Source: a bacterium
GTDB taxonomy: Bacteria > Patescibacteriota > Microgenomatia > UBA8517
Direction of reading: 5' to 3'
Assembly: GCA_030583725.1 (NCBI GenBank)
Contig: CP129472.1
Coordinates: 75 to 64,074 of the forward strand
DNA: 64,000 nt
The notes under the pieces are model-generated. The model was not told where the DNA came from, did no database searches, and worked only from the letters and a program-made list of their open reading frames with translations. Positions within the stretch are counted from its first letter, which is position 1. Each line of letters opens with the position of its first letter. The translations under genes and the position numbers were made by a program. Below are positions 9,244 to 18,694 of the stretch, one piece after another.

Positions 9244-9810
9244 ATGATAATTGCAAATTTATTAGGAATATTTCTCTTTTTGATGTTGTTGTGGAAGAAG
9301 CTCAAAGATGACTACCACTATGAAAAAATATTTAATTTTAGTTTTATCATACTTGGTGTTTTGCTCCTATTTAGTTTGATTGCTGTTAATCTGCTACCAA
9401 GCTATATATTTTGGATGCAGTTTGCAGGTGTTGGGGTTGGGTTTGGATTGGCAATGTACTTACAGAAGATAAAATTTTACGAATCATTTAATGCGCTAGT
9501 AATTTCCATTTTACCTTGGTTTAGTTTGAGTTATTTGAATCGTGCTATTATTAATTCCAACTTAAATGATTTTATAATTTTTTGGTTGGGATTATTCTTG
9601 GTGTTTACATTCTTCTTTATTGAATCTTACTACCGTAAGCTTATTTGGTATAAGTCTGGTAGGGTGGGGTTTAGTGGTTTATTGGTTTCTGGTATATTTT
9701 TTGCATTACAACTATTCTTTTTAGGTTCTTTGGTAGAAAAACTTATTTCAACCGCTATTGCTTTTGGCTTTTTTTTGCTATTATATAGATTATCAAAATC
9801 CAAAGAATGA
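9244..9810 (+). CDS. Hypothetical integral membrane protein
   Basis: 188 aa, multiple TM helices. No motif recognised. Confidence 0.45.
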   Translation: MIIANLLGIFLFLMLLWKKLKDDYHYEKIFNFSFIILGVLLLFSLIAVNLLPSYIFWMQFAGVGVGFGLAMYLQKIKFYESFNALVISILPWFSLSYLNRAIINSNLNDFIIFWLGLFLVFTFFFIESYYRKLIWYKSGRVGFSGLLVSGIFFALQLFFLGSLVEKLISTAIAFGFFLLLYRLSKSKE

Positions 9811-10178
9811 ATAACAACTTAAGATTTCCAAAAAGTTTACTTCTACCCGTTGGTGAGTTTTTAAGACAGAAGCTGTCACACCTACGTTTAAGCAAAAAGA
9901 AAATTGTTGCTGACGACCCATTTAACGATAAGACAAGGGATTTAAACAGTGCTGCTATTGACACTGAGGCTGAAGAGAAATTTGAGCACGCCAGAATACT
10001 TGCCATCAAACAAGAATTAAATAATAAAGCAAAACAAATTAAAAATGCTCTTTCTAGGGTCAATAAGGGCCAGTATGGTATTTGTGAAGTTTGTTCAAAA
10101 ATGATTGATACTGATAGACTTGCTGTTTTTCCTGAAGCTACAAAGTGTGTTAAGTGCGAGAAAAAGTCTGAAAAGTAA
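9807..10178 (+). CDS. TraR/DksA family C4-type zinc-finger protein
   Basis: C-terminal CxxC-(17)-CxxC (GICEVCSKMIDTDRLAVFPEATKCVKCEK) preceded by a coiled-coil region. Start overlaps the upstream gene's stop (ATGA). Confidence 0.65.
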   Translation: MNNNLRFPKSLLLPVGEFLRQKLSHLRLSKKKIVADDPFNDKTRDLNSAAIDTEAEEKFEHARILAIKQELNNKAKQIKNALSRVNKGQYGICEVCSKMIDTDRLAVFPEATKCVKCEKKSEK

Positions 10179-10191
10179 TATAATACCTTCT

Positions 10192-10887
10192 ATGGAGATT
10201 CCTAAAATTATATTTGAAGATGATTCGTTGATTGTGGTAGACAAACCTTCCGGATATATAACAAATGAAGCCGACACAACCACAAACCAGCCAGTACTTC
10301 AAACGTGGATTAAGACAAATTTTGACTATCCGCTTAAAGGGCAACGCGAAGCAAGAGATGGTATTGTTCATAGATTGGATAAAGAGACCTCAGGATTACT
10401 TCTTGTGGCAAAGACTATCGAAGCGTTTGAAGACCTGCAACGGCAGTTTAAAGAGCGTTTGGTACACAAAAGCTATATTGCATTAGTACATGGTCGAGTT
10501 GAATCTTCTAGTGGCACCATAGATGAAACAGTTGGAAGGCTTCCTTGGAGAAGAGATAGGTTTGGAGTACTTCCGGATGGAAGAGATGCTGTGACAGAAT
10601 ATACTAAAATCTCAGATCATAACATTGAAGAAAAAAATTTTAGTTTACTTGAACTTAAACCAAAAACAGGTCGTACGCACCAAATTAGAATTCATCTAAA
10701 ACATATTGGTCATCCAATAGTGGGTGATGAGTTCTACGCTGGCAGAAAAACCGCAAGAAATGATAGACGTTTTTGTCCAAGATTGTTTCTGCATGCTGGT
10801 GGTATTAGTTTTGTCCACCCTAAAACAAAAAAAAGAGTCGAATTTAACTCTCCACTTCCAATAAGTTTAACTGCTATACTTAAATAG
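10192..10887 (+). CDS. RluA-family pseudouridine synthase
   Basis: IVVDKPSGY, catalytic HRLDKETSGLLLVAKT, and C-terminal FLHA motif. ORF-track start at 10105 overlaps the previous gene; ATG at 10192 used. Confidence 0.8.
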   Translation: MEIPKIIFEDDSLIVVDKPSGYITNEADTTTNQPVLQTWIKTNFDYPLKGQREARDGIVHRLDKETSGLLLVAKTIEAFEDLQRQFKERLVHKSYIALVHGRVESSSGTIDETVGRLPWRRDRFGVLPDGRDAVTEYTKISDHNIEEKNFSLLELKPKTGRTHQIRIHLKHIGHPIVGDEFYAGRKTARNDRRFCPRLFLHAGGISFVHPKTKKRVEFNSPLPISLTAILK

Positions 10888-10888
10888 T

Positions 10889-12583
10889 ATGGACTTTGTG
10901 GGAATCTCATTACTCTTGGTAACCTCTGCAATATTTGGTGTTTTAGCAAAGTTTGCCAAGCAACCGTTATTGGTTGGATATTTATTTGCTGGTGCTACAG
11001 CTTCTTATTTTGGCTTATTGACTGATCACGGTTTGGTCGAGGCCTTAGGCAAGATAGGTGTCACGCTACTTTTATTTTTAGTTGGTCTAGAAATGAACCT
11101 TAAAGACCTTCCCACTGTTGGTAAAACTGCATTGGTTACTGGTGTTGGTCAGATTGCCTTCACACTATTATTTGGGTTTATATTATCTAGCTTTTTGGGT
11201 TTTTCAACTATTTCCTCATTGTATATCGGTGCGGCAATGGCATTTTCATCAACAATAATTATTATCAAACTTTTCTCTGAAAAGAAAGTTTTAGATAGTC
11301 TATATGGCAAGATATCTGTAGGTTTTTTATTGGTTCAGGACTTAGTTGCTGTTCTAGTTTTAATGTTTTTGGCGGGTTTGAAAGAAGATGGGTTTGGCGT
11401 AGGACCTATATTGTTAATGGTTTTTAAGGCCGTTTTAGTGTTTGCAGCAACTTGGTATTTGTCTAAAAAAATTCTACCTTTAATATTTGAAAGAATAGTT
11501 GGTCATTCCACAGAGCTTCTCTTTATTGTGAGTATTGCTTGGGCGTTAGGTGTATCAAGTTTAATGGGTGGTCCCTTGGGTTTTAGCTTTGAGATTGGAG
11601 GTTTTTTAGCGGGTCTGGCACTTTCAAATATTCCTGAACACTTAGGGGTAGCTTCAAGGACTAAACCTTTGCGTGATTTCTTTTTAACAATATTCTTTTT
11701 AAGTTTGGGTTCTCAGCTTTTAGTTGGAGATATTAGTTCTGTAATTGTACCATCAATATTTTTATCTCTCTTGGTAATTATTGGAAACCCAATAATTGTT
11801 ATGTCTATGCTTGGAATTTTAGGTTATAAAAAGAGAACTTCATTTTTTTCATCCGTTGCGGTTGCTCAGATTTCTGAATTTTCATTTATCTTAATGGCTA
11901 TGGGGTTGTCCCTTGGACATGTTACAAGTGAGGCGGTATCAACAGTTATATTAGTTGGAGCAATTACTATGACTTTATCAACGTATTTAATCTTGGGTAG
12001 TGAAAAGATTTTTAAGAAAATTCAAAATTTTATCTCCTTCTTTGAACGAAGGAAAACAAATGAGTCAGCATATACACAAGAAGTAGATTTCAGTGAGCAT
12101 GTTGTTCTTGTGGGATGTGACAAAATTGGCTCATCCATGCTTTCATATTTTAGACGTAGAAACATTCCTCTTGTTGTAATTGATTTTGATCCTGGCGTAT
12201 TTAAAAGACTATCGTCCGAAAATACAAGCGTTCTTTTGGGTGATGCCACAGATTCTGAAATATTGGAGCTTGCAAAAATAACATCTGCGAAGTTAATTAT
12301 TTGCACAATTCCAAACGTTGAAGAAAACTTGTCCATACTAGAGACTATAAAAAGTTCTAAAAATAAACCAATATATATCGGAAGCGCTCAAAGTAGGGAG
12401 GATTCCGTAAGGGTTTACGAGGCGGGTGCCGATTATGTTTTAAATCCAGACATTATTGCTGGTGAATTTTTAAGACATATTTTTTTACATCATGGATTTA
12501 GTGTCAATAAAATATCAAAAATGGGCAAAAACCATTTTAATCGTTTAATGTACTTAAAGCCAAATGCGAAGACAAAAATATAG
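10889..12583 (+). CDS. Cation:proton antiporter (CPA2/Kef-type) with C-terminal RCK/TrkA-N domain
   Basis: About 12 TM helices with a Kef-like N-terminus (LLLVTSAIFGVLAKFAKQPLLVGYLFAG). C-terminal Rossmann-like domain VVLVGCDKIGSSM...IPLVVID. Confidence 0.75.
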   Translation: MDFVGISLLLVTSAIFGVLAKFAKQPLLVGYLFAGATASYFGLLTDHGLVEALGKIGVTLLLFLVGLEMNLKDLPTVGKTALVTGVGQIAFTLLFGFILSSFLGFSTISSLYIGAAMAFSSTIIIIKLFSEKKVLDSLYGKISVGFLLVQDLVAVLVLMFLAGLKEDGFGVGPILLMVFKAVLVFAATWYLSKKILPLIFERIVGHSTELLFIVSIAWALGVSSLMGGPLGFSFEIGGFLAGLALSNIPEHLGVASRTKPLRDFFLTIFFLSLGSQLLVGDISSVIVPSIFLSLLVIIGNPIIVMSMLGILGYKKRTSFFSSVAVAQISEFSFILMAMGLSLGHVTSEAVSTVILVGAITMTLSTYLILGSEKIFKKIQNFISFFERRKTNESAYTQEVDFSEHVVLVGCDKIGSSMLSYFRRRNIPLVVIDFDPGVFKRLSSENTSVLLGDATDSEILELAKITSAKLIICTIPNVEENLSILETIKSSKNKPIYIGSAQSREDSVRVYEAGADYVLNPDIIAGEFLRHIFLHHGFSVNKISKMGKNHFNRLMYLKPNAKTKI

Positions 12584-13334
12584 ACAAAAGAAACATAATA
12601 ACGGTAAAAAGATGCTTTTACTTAGTTTGATCTTGTTATTCATATCAGTTATTTTTATATGGATTTATTTTGCAATATCAATACCACGACTTCAAAAGTT
12701 TATTTTTCTAAATAAGACTGTTGACGGTGGGGGAGAAGTAGTTATTGTCGGTTCCGAAACAGTTAGCAAATATCTAATTGATAGTCAAAAATTGTTGGTT
12801 TCAAGTAGAGGACTGGGGGAATATAAGCTTGATAGTTTATGGGTTTTGGGAGAGAAAGAAGGTTATTCAGGTATGCTTGCAGTAGAATCAGTTGCCAAAA
12901 ATTATTCAATACCAATTTATTTATGGAAAGATGGTAATAAATCAAATTTGAGTTTAAGTCAGGCAGTGAAACTCAAACTTGTTAAATTTAACAACATCAA
13001 GTTACTTGGTTCTTTTGAAAGTTTTGACCTACCGAAAGCTATTTTAGTTGAATTTGTGGATGATAGCATACAAGAACGAGGGGTTTTAGTTGAGGTTGAT
13101 GATTATACTGGTAGTCAAAGAACAATCGAAAGTGTATCCGCAATATTAGGTGTAATGGGAACTAAAATATCTGGTTATTCGAAAGGTAATGACGATAGTT
13201 TTGATTGTGTTGTTCTCGGAAGGGACAAGCTAGTTGTTAATAAAATAGCCTCGGTTTTTGGTTGTGAGCAAGATATTGAAAACCGTGACAATGTAAAAAT
13301 TCGCTTAGGAGGTAAATTCTCCGAACGATTCTAA
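12564..13334 (+). CDS. Hypothetical membrane-anchored protein
   Basis: Basic N-terminus then one TM helix (LLLSLILLFISVIFIWIYFAI). Start uncertain (alternative Met at 12609). Confidence 0.45.
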   Translation: MRRQKYRQKKHNNGKKMLLLSLILLFISVIFIWIYFAISIPRLQKFIFLNKTVDGGGEVVIVGSETVSKYLIDSQKLLVSSRGLGEYKLDSLWVLGEKEGYSGMLAVESVAKNYSIPIYLWKDGNKSNLSLSQAVKLKLVKFNNIKLLGSFESFDLPKAILVEFVDDSIQERGVLVEVDDYTGSQRTIESVSAILGVMGTKISGYSKGNDDSFDCVVLGRDKLVVNKIASVFGCEQDIENRDNVKIRLGGKFSERF

Positions 13335-13988
13335 GAGCTCCTTAGGAAATGATTTTGTATTTTCAAATCCCTTACCTCTTTGTGTTTCTTTAATAAATAT
13401 TTTTACTTCATCTTTGGTTACTGATTTAATTAAGACCCTATATTTATAGTTGTTTTTAATTAGCTTTTTAATAATTGCAGAAAGGTCATCAGGAAGTCTA
13501 CCAATATATTTGTTAGCCAGTGTTGTTACTGCCAGCCTGTGGCCGTTAGGTACAATTTTTACTTCATCACCTGCGTCAAGTGATGATATGACACTAGTAG
13601 AACTAATGTTTATTAAATTTGTTTGCTTGGTAATACCAGATTCTTCAATAAAGTCTGACGCGTTTATACTTTGGTCGTCAACATGATCTTTAGTTGACTT
13701 ATTTGCTTGATATTTTTTGTATTTATCAATTGCCTTAATTGCAATTTGGTTATTGTGATCTATCTTAATAACCTTGAGTGAAGTTTTCTTGGCAAGTGAT
13801 ATTTCACCACTCTCACAATAAGCCCTTGCAAGCCTGTTTAGAGCTTCAGTGTCATTAGGGTCAATTTTAATTAGTTTCTTGTTGGCAACAACTGCCACAT
13901 CCCACTTTCCCTTAAGTGCTGAGTTTACTGCGGTTTCGACTAAGTTGGTATCATCAGAATAATTGTCATTGTGGTGCATAAAAGTCAT
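13305..13988 (-). CDS. TPR-repeat protein
   Basis: Tetratricopeptide-like repeats (ALKGKWDVAVVANKKLIKIDPNDTEALNRLARAYCESGEISLAKK). Confidence 0.55.
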   Translation of the reverse strand: MTFMHHNDNYSDDTNLVETAVNSALKGKWDVAVVANKKLIKIDPNDTEALNRLARAYCESGEISLAKKTSLKVIKIDHNNQIAIKAIDKYKKYQANKSTKDHVDDQSINASDFIEESGITKQTNLINISSTSVISSLDAGDEVKIVPNGHRLAVTTLANKYIGRLPDDLSAIIKKLIKNNYKYRVLIKSVTKDEVKIFIKETQRGKGFENTKSFPKELLESFGEFTS

Positions 13989-14034
13989 TATAAAGATGGG
14001 ACTTAAGATGTCAATATAGTATAATAGGACTTAA

Positions 14035-14745
14035 ATGTCAGGTCATTCACATTTCGCAACAATTAAAAGACAAAAAGAAAGTAAAGATGCCGCAAAGGGT
14101 AATATTTTTGGCAAGTTATCTAAAACGATTTCTATTGCCATTAAAGCAGGGGGGGGTACAAATCCTGATATGAATTTTAAACTTAGGGTTGCAATTGATA
14201 AAGCAAGAGAATTTAATATGCCTAAAGATAATATAGATAGGATATTAAAAACAGCAGATCAGAAAATGGATTCCATCGAAGAAATAACCTATGAGGGCTT
14301 TGGACCACACAATCTGTCACTAATAGTAGAAACAGCAACAGATAACAAGAATAGAACAGCGCAAGAGATAAAAAGTTTATTTGAAAAAGGTGGGGGAGCA
14401 ATGGGTGGACCCAACTCAGTCGCCTATAACTTTGATCATAAAGGATATTTGCTAATTGAAAAAAAAGAAGATATTGATACTCAGACCTTGGCGTTAATTG
14501 ATTTGGGAGTGGAGGACATAGAAGATAATGAAGATGGAATAGTTGTATTTACGTCTCCATCTGAGTTAAAAGATGTCAGGGGTAGAGTGGCAGATGCAGG
14601 ATTTAGTATTCTAAAAACAGAGCTTACAATGATACCTAAAACATATCTTGAGGTCTCAGATACTACTCAAATTGAAAAAATTACTAAATTTATCGAAAGC
14701 TTTGAGAACCACGATGATGTTCAGAGGGTTTATCACAACTTTTAA
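14035..14745 (+). CDS. YebC/PmpR family DNA-binding regulator
   Basis: MSGHSHFATIKRQKESKDAAKGNIFGKLSKTISIAIKAGGG is the canonical YebC N-terminus. Confidence 0.85.
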   Translation: MSGHSHFATIKRQKESKDAAKGNIFGKLSKTISIAIKAGGGTNPDMNFKLRVAIDKAREFNMPKDNIDRILKTADQKMDSIEEITYEGFGPHNLSLIVETATDNKNRTAQEIKSLFEKGGGAMGGPNSVAYNFDHKGYLLIEKKEDIDTQTLALIDLGVEDIEDNEDGIVVFTSPSELKDVRGRVADAGFSILKTELTMIPKTYLEVSDTTQIEKITKFIESFENHDDVQRVYHNF

Positions 14746-14756
14746 AAATTAAAAAA

Positions 14757-15527
14757 ATGATTACTAAACGAATTAGATTTATACTTTCTGCAATTATTTT
14801 ATCTGTTGGGTTTGTTTGGACGCAGTTTCTGGATGACTCCTTTAAGTTTTTAGCAATTGGATTATTGGCGACTGGAACAGGGATTCTTTCCTTTTGGTCT
14901 TTTTATGAAGGTTTGGGTAAAGATATGACCTTACTTTCGTTAATTCTACCTGTTTTATTTACTTTAGGTGTTGGTATGTTTTGGTTTTTGTTGCCTACCA
15001 GTCTATACACACAAATTCCTATTGTTATTTTTTACGGTTTTGGTATCTATGTCCTGTCTTTAACGATGAACATTTATACAGTATCTTCCCAAAGGACCAT
15101 TGCACTCCTACGGGCAGCAAGAGGTGTTGGGTTTGTTTTAACCTTACTAACTGCCTTCCTAATATATGATGCCATTTTTTCAGTCAGATTAAACTTGATA
15201 ATCTCATCAACTTTAATATTTGTAACCTCAGTTCTTTTATTTTTACAAGGTTTTTGGTCGATAGAATTGGAAAAAAAGGCTGATTATAGCTTGATTTCAA
15301 TATCCTTAGTTTCGGCTCTTGCTGTAACACAGCTAGCCTTACTTATTTTTTTCTGGCCAGTTACGGTTGTTGTAGGCTCACTTTTTTTGACCAGTGGGGT
15401 ATACCTACTCTTGGGTTTAGGTCAAGCTAAGCTTGAAGACAGATTATTTCCAAATGTGGTGCGAGAGTATTTAACAGTAGGTTTGATTGTATTGGTGGGA
15501 ATGTTTTTTGCCACACGTTGGGGGTGA
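14757..15527 (+). CDS. Hypothetical integral membrane protein
   Basis: 256 aa, about 8 TM helices. Confidence 0.45.
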   Translation: MITKRIRFILSAIILSVGFVWTQFLDDSFKFLAIGLLATGTGILSFWSFYEGLGKDMTLLSLILPVLFTLGVGMFWFLLPTSLYTQIPIVIFYGFGIYVLSLTMNIYTVSSQRTIALLRAARGVGFVLTLLTAFLIYDAIFSVRLNLIISSTLIFVTSVLLFLQGFWSIELEKKADYSLISISLVSALAVTQLALLIFFWPVTVVVGSLFLTSGVYLLLGLGQAKLEDRLFPNVVREYLTVGLIVLVGMFFATRWG

Positions 15528-16290
15528 GGGGAGAGGGGGAAGTAACCCATAGTATCCTATAATTATTTACTTACTTTTCACGACGCATTATAAGTTTTCA
15601 CGAAATGATATAGTTTGATACGTATATTGTGGATATCTTATTTTACCTCTTTCAGAGAAGTGGGGTTATCAAGAGTTGGTATACATAAGTCACTTAACTT
15701 GCACTATGTTCTTTAGGATGATCATAGATAAGCAGATATGTTCTCTTTCAAATAACTCTGTTTAAGTATAACGTCGTACAATAATACTTTTACGACGTAA
15801 GTTATATTGTTGAGAGTAGTGGTGTAGTCTTCCTTATGAATAAAAAACTTTATAAATGTAGATTGTTATTGTTCTGTGTATAATTGTTTTTTTGTTACTT
15901 TTACTCCAGTTAATCTTTCTATGGAAATTTATCTACCTGTGCCTAAAATCCACACTCTAAGTCCCCTAGATTTTAGAAATTGGAGGAGTTATGTATTAGC
16001 CCGAAAATATGGGGATTATTTCAAATGGTCTAGTAGTCGTCTTTTGTTCTGGAAAGGCCTTAGAATTGATTACAGAAGGTCATATTAAGCTCATATTCTT
16101 AAAGGTCTTTATGGAGTGTTTGCTTATGTAACGTTTGTGATAATTTAGTGTTTCTTTGTGTGGTAATAGTATAGTTTAAATTTATTTACTTATTAAAAAT
16201 TTATTTTTATTACTACTTATCTAATTTATTAAAATAATCTTTTTTAGCCAAGTAATTTGTTGAGTGGGTCATTTTAAGATTTTTGCTTTA

Positions 16291-16316
16291 AAAATAGGGG
16301 ACTTCTCCCCTATTTT
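16291..16316. terminator. Perfect 11-bp stem / 4-nt loop hairpin (AAAATAGGGGA-CTTC-TCCCCTATTTT) followed by a T-run
   Basis: Palindrome read directly. A-run before and T-run after allow either orientation. Lies in a long non-coding region just upstream of the 16372 gene. Confidence 0.35.
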
Positions 16317-16337
16317 GTCTTTCACTCGTGAAAACTT

Positions 16338-16366
16338 TTGACAAATTAAATAATTGTTATATCATT
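16338..16366 (+). promoter_or_regulatory. Putative sigma70-like promoter (TTGACA-17 nt-ATCATT) placing the start at or next to the ATG (leaderless)
   Basis: TTGACA at 16338-16343, 17-nt spacer, ATCATT at 16361-16366, ATG at 16372 with no SD. Confidence 0.25.
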
Positions 16367-16371
16367 CAGGC

Positions 16372-17064
16372 ATGGCTGAACGTATTCAATCTGGCTTATC
16401 AGATCAATGGCGAGCAACTTTATCTTCGAAACGTGGTTGGAACAATTATGTTCCTAACCATTGGATTAAATGGGCAACAGATAATAAATTAGATCTAGAT
16501 ACCCATGAAATTAGAAAAAGTAAACAAAAAAAGCCAAAATCTACTACCTTACATGGCAAAGCAATCAAAGATATTTTTACATATAAGAAAAGATATGTGA
16601 GAAATGAATTTACTAAGTGGTATGAAAAAAGAGCCTTACCATCGACACACTGGACAATTATGGAATATAAATCGCATTTTAAGAGAAAACGTCCAGACTA
16701 CGCAAAAAGCTTTAACGAAAAAAAGGATAGCCATCAAAAATATAGATATAAAAACTCATTTCTTGTTCCAGAGTCATTTCGAACCTTAGATAACTGGTTT
16801 ATAGAAAGAGAAAAGCTACCTAAAGAGAAAAACCAGAAGAGAACTGTAATAGCCGAAAGAGTTTTTGATGCATCAGGAAAAATCAGAAGCGTTACCTTAC
16901 TACTTTTTGGAATGGATGTTTTGATTAGACAAGAAGACAAAACATCAAAACATAAGTGGTCAGTATCTGAAAGAAGAGAAATTAATATAAAAGAAGGACC
17001 ACAACAGATGATCAATTTAAAGGTTCCATGGTCTGTTCATATCCGTAGTGTCGTACAATATTGA
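16372..17064 (+). CDS. Hypothetical basic protein (Lys/Arg-rich)
   Basis: No recognisable domain. Immediately upstream of a tyrosine recombinase and downstream of an ~840-nt non-coding region. ATG at 16372 preferred over the TTG at 16354. Confidence 0.5.
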   Translation: MAERIQSGLSDQWRATLSSKRGWNNYVPNHWIKWATDNKLDLDTHEIRKSKQKKPKSTTLHGKAIKDIFTYKKRYVRNEFTKWYEKRALPSTHWTIMEYKSHFKRKRPDYAKSFNEKKDSHQKYRYKNSFLVPESFRTLDNWFIEREKLPKEKNQKRTVIAERVFDASGKIRSVTLLLFGMDVLIRQEDKTSKHKWSVSERREINIKEGPQQMINLKVPWSVHIRSVVQY

Positions 17065-17097
17065 CAGACTTCTCTAAAACATTTATAGTAATTATAG

Positions 17098-18030
17098 ATG
17101 GATTCTGCCCAAGGTAAAAATAGTGAAATATCAAAAAAAATAGATGAATTTTTAGATTATTTATCTGTTGAAAAAGGATGCTCCCCTCTTACAATTAGAA
17201 ATTACAAACACTATTTAAGTAGACTTCTTGGGTGGTTGATTACAAGTCATAAACATACAGATGTTAAATCTATAAACCAAGATACTGTTCATCACTTCAG
17301 AGCATATTTAGCAAAGCTTGGTTTGGGAAAAAAGACTCAAGGATATCACGCAATCGCACTACGATCGTTTCTTAAATGGCTTCTTCGCAACGACTATCAA
17401 GTAATGGCACCTGATAAGATTGAACTACCTAAAATACCAGATAGACAAGTTAAGTTTTTAAGTGGTGAACAGGTAGATAGATTACTAAATGCTCCTTCAA
17501 TGTCTGATATACAAGGTGTACGGGACAAAGCTATTTTAGAAGTTTTATTTTCTACAGGACTACGTGTATCTGAACTTACAGGTTTAAATATCGAAAAAAT
17601 TGATTTTGAAAGACGTGAGTTTGGTATTACAGGAAAAGGAGGAAGGGCTAGGGTTGTCTTCTTGTCATCTCGTGCAACTGAATATTTAAAAAAATATTTA
17701 AATGAAAGAAAAGATCATTTTAAACCTTTATTTATTAGACACAAGGGAAAGATGGATCCAACTACTCCAGACAATAAAATGCGTCTTACTCCCCGCTCGG
17801 TTGAGAGAATGTTAAAAAAATATGTTAGAAAGGTTAAACTTCCAGTTGAAGCTACTCCACACACAATGAGACACTCGTATGCAACTGATCTGTTGATAGC
17901 AGGAGCTGACATTCGGTCAGTACAAGAAATGTTGGGGCATAAAAATATATCAACTACACAGATTTATACTCATGTTACAAATAAACAACTTCATGACATC
18001 CACGAAACCTTCCATGGGAGGGGGAAGTGA
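17098..18030 (+). CDS. Tyrosine site-specific recombinase (XerC/XerD-like)
   Basis: N-terminal SAM-like core-binding domain (FLDYLSVEKGCSPLTIRNYKHYL). Catalytic domain with R (GLRVSEL), HTMRHSYAT, LGHKNISTTQIYTHV (nucleophile Tyr). Confidence 0.85.
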   Translation: MDSAQGKNSEISKKIDEFLDYLSVEKGCSPLTIRNYKHYLSRLLGWLITSHKHTDVKSINQDTVHHFRAYLAKLGLGKKTQGYHAIALRSFLKWLLRNDYQVMAPDKIELPKIPDRQVKFLSGEQVDRLLNAPSMSDIQGVRDKAILEVLFSTGLRVSELTGLNIEKIDFERREFGITGKGGRARVVFLSSRATEYLKKYLNERKDHFKPLFIRHKGKMDPTTPDNKMRLTPRSVERMLKKYVRKVKLPVEATPHTMRHSYATDLLIAGADIRSVQEMLGHKNISTTQIYTHVTNKQLHDIHETFHGRGK

Positions 18031-18036
18031 GTTAAA

Positions 18037-18324
18037 TCATTTTTCAAAAGTAACTGCGTAGTTTTGAAAAATTTGACTATACATTAAGGCATCTTCGGCT
18101 AAATGTAATTTGTCACTGTACATAAATGATTTTTCAAGAGAGTTAATATGATCAATCAAGTATGGTTTGACTGAAGTGGTATCTATTTCACTTTTACGTT
18201 TATTTGCCTCTATTATAAATCTTTCTCCAGTTTCATTTGATCCACTATGAAATGCCAAGGCTATTCTTTTTAAATCCATAGCCAGCGAACTGATTGCAAT
18301 ATAGTTATTTGTCATAAATTTCAC
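18037..18324 (-). CDS. Hypothetical protein (95 aa)
   Basis: Overlaps the next ORF by 20 nt on the same strand. The two may be one frameshifted gene. Confidence 0.35.
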   Translation of the reverse strand: MKFMTNNYIAISSLAMDLKRIALAFHSGSNETGERFIIEANKRKSEIDTTSVKPYLIDHINSLEKSFMYSDKLHLAEDALMYSQIFQNYAVTFEK

Positions 18325-18694
18325 TAAAAAAGAATTCTGTTAATCTTTTGTAGACTTTTCTAATTTCTTCAGATTGGATTTCGTTGCTGTTGTTATTATC
18401 GTTTGGTCTAATATTTATAAATGAGTTGAAATCAATTTCCATAGAGTTCAAATCTATTCCCCCACCCCAGAGATTGCTTTGTTTTGATCCTGAATCGAGA
18501 AGAACTTTTTCAGATTCAAAATGGCGATCTGCTCCTGCAGAACAAACTTTATTTTCAATATCGATTACAGTTTTAATATATGTCCCAAATTGTTCTTGTA
18601 GTTTTTCTATTTCATCCTTCGTAAACAGTTCTGATTTAGTAATGATCATAAACTTATTATACCAGATCAATATTTTGATATACTTAAACCTCAT
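18305..18694 (-). CDS. Hypothetical protein (129 aa)
   Basis: Same-strand partner of 18037-18324. No motif recognised. Confidence 0.35.
   Translation of the reverse strand: MRFKYIKILIWYNKFMIITKSELFTKDEIEKLQEQFGTYIKTVIDIENKVCSAGADRHFESEKVLLDSGSKQSNLWGGGIDLNSMEIDFNSFINIRPNDNNNSNEIQSEEIRKVYKRLTEFFFSEIYDK

Noticed and set aside
18384-18692. Long N-terminal extension of the LCP gene
   Set aside because: It overlaps the oppositely oriented ORF 18305-18694. The natural Met at 18693 immediately precedes the TM helix typical of LCP proteins.
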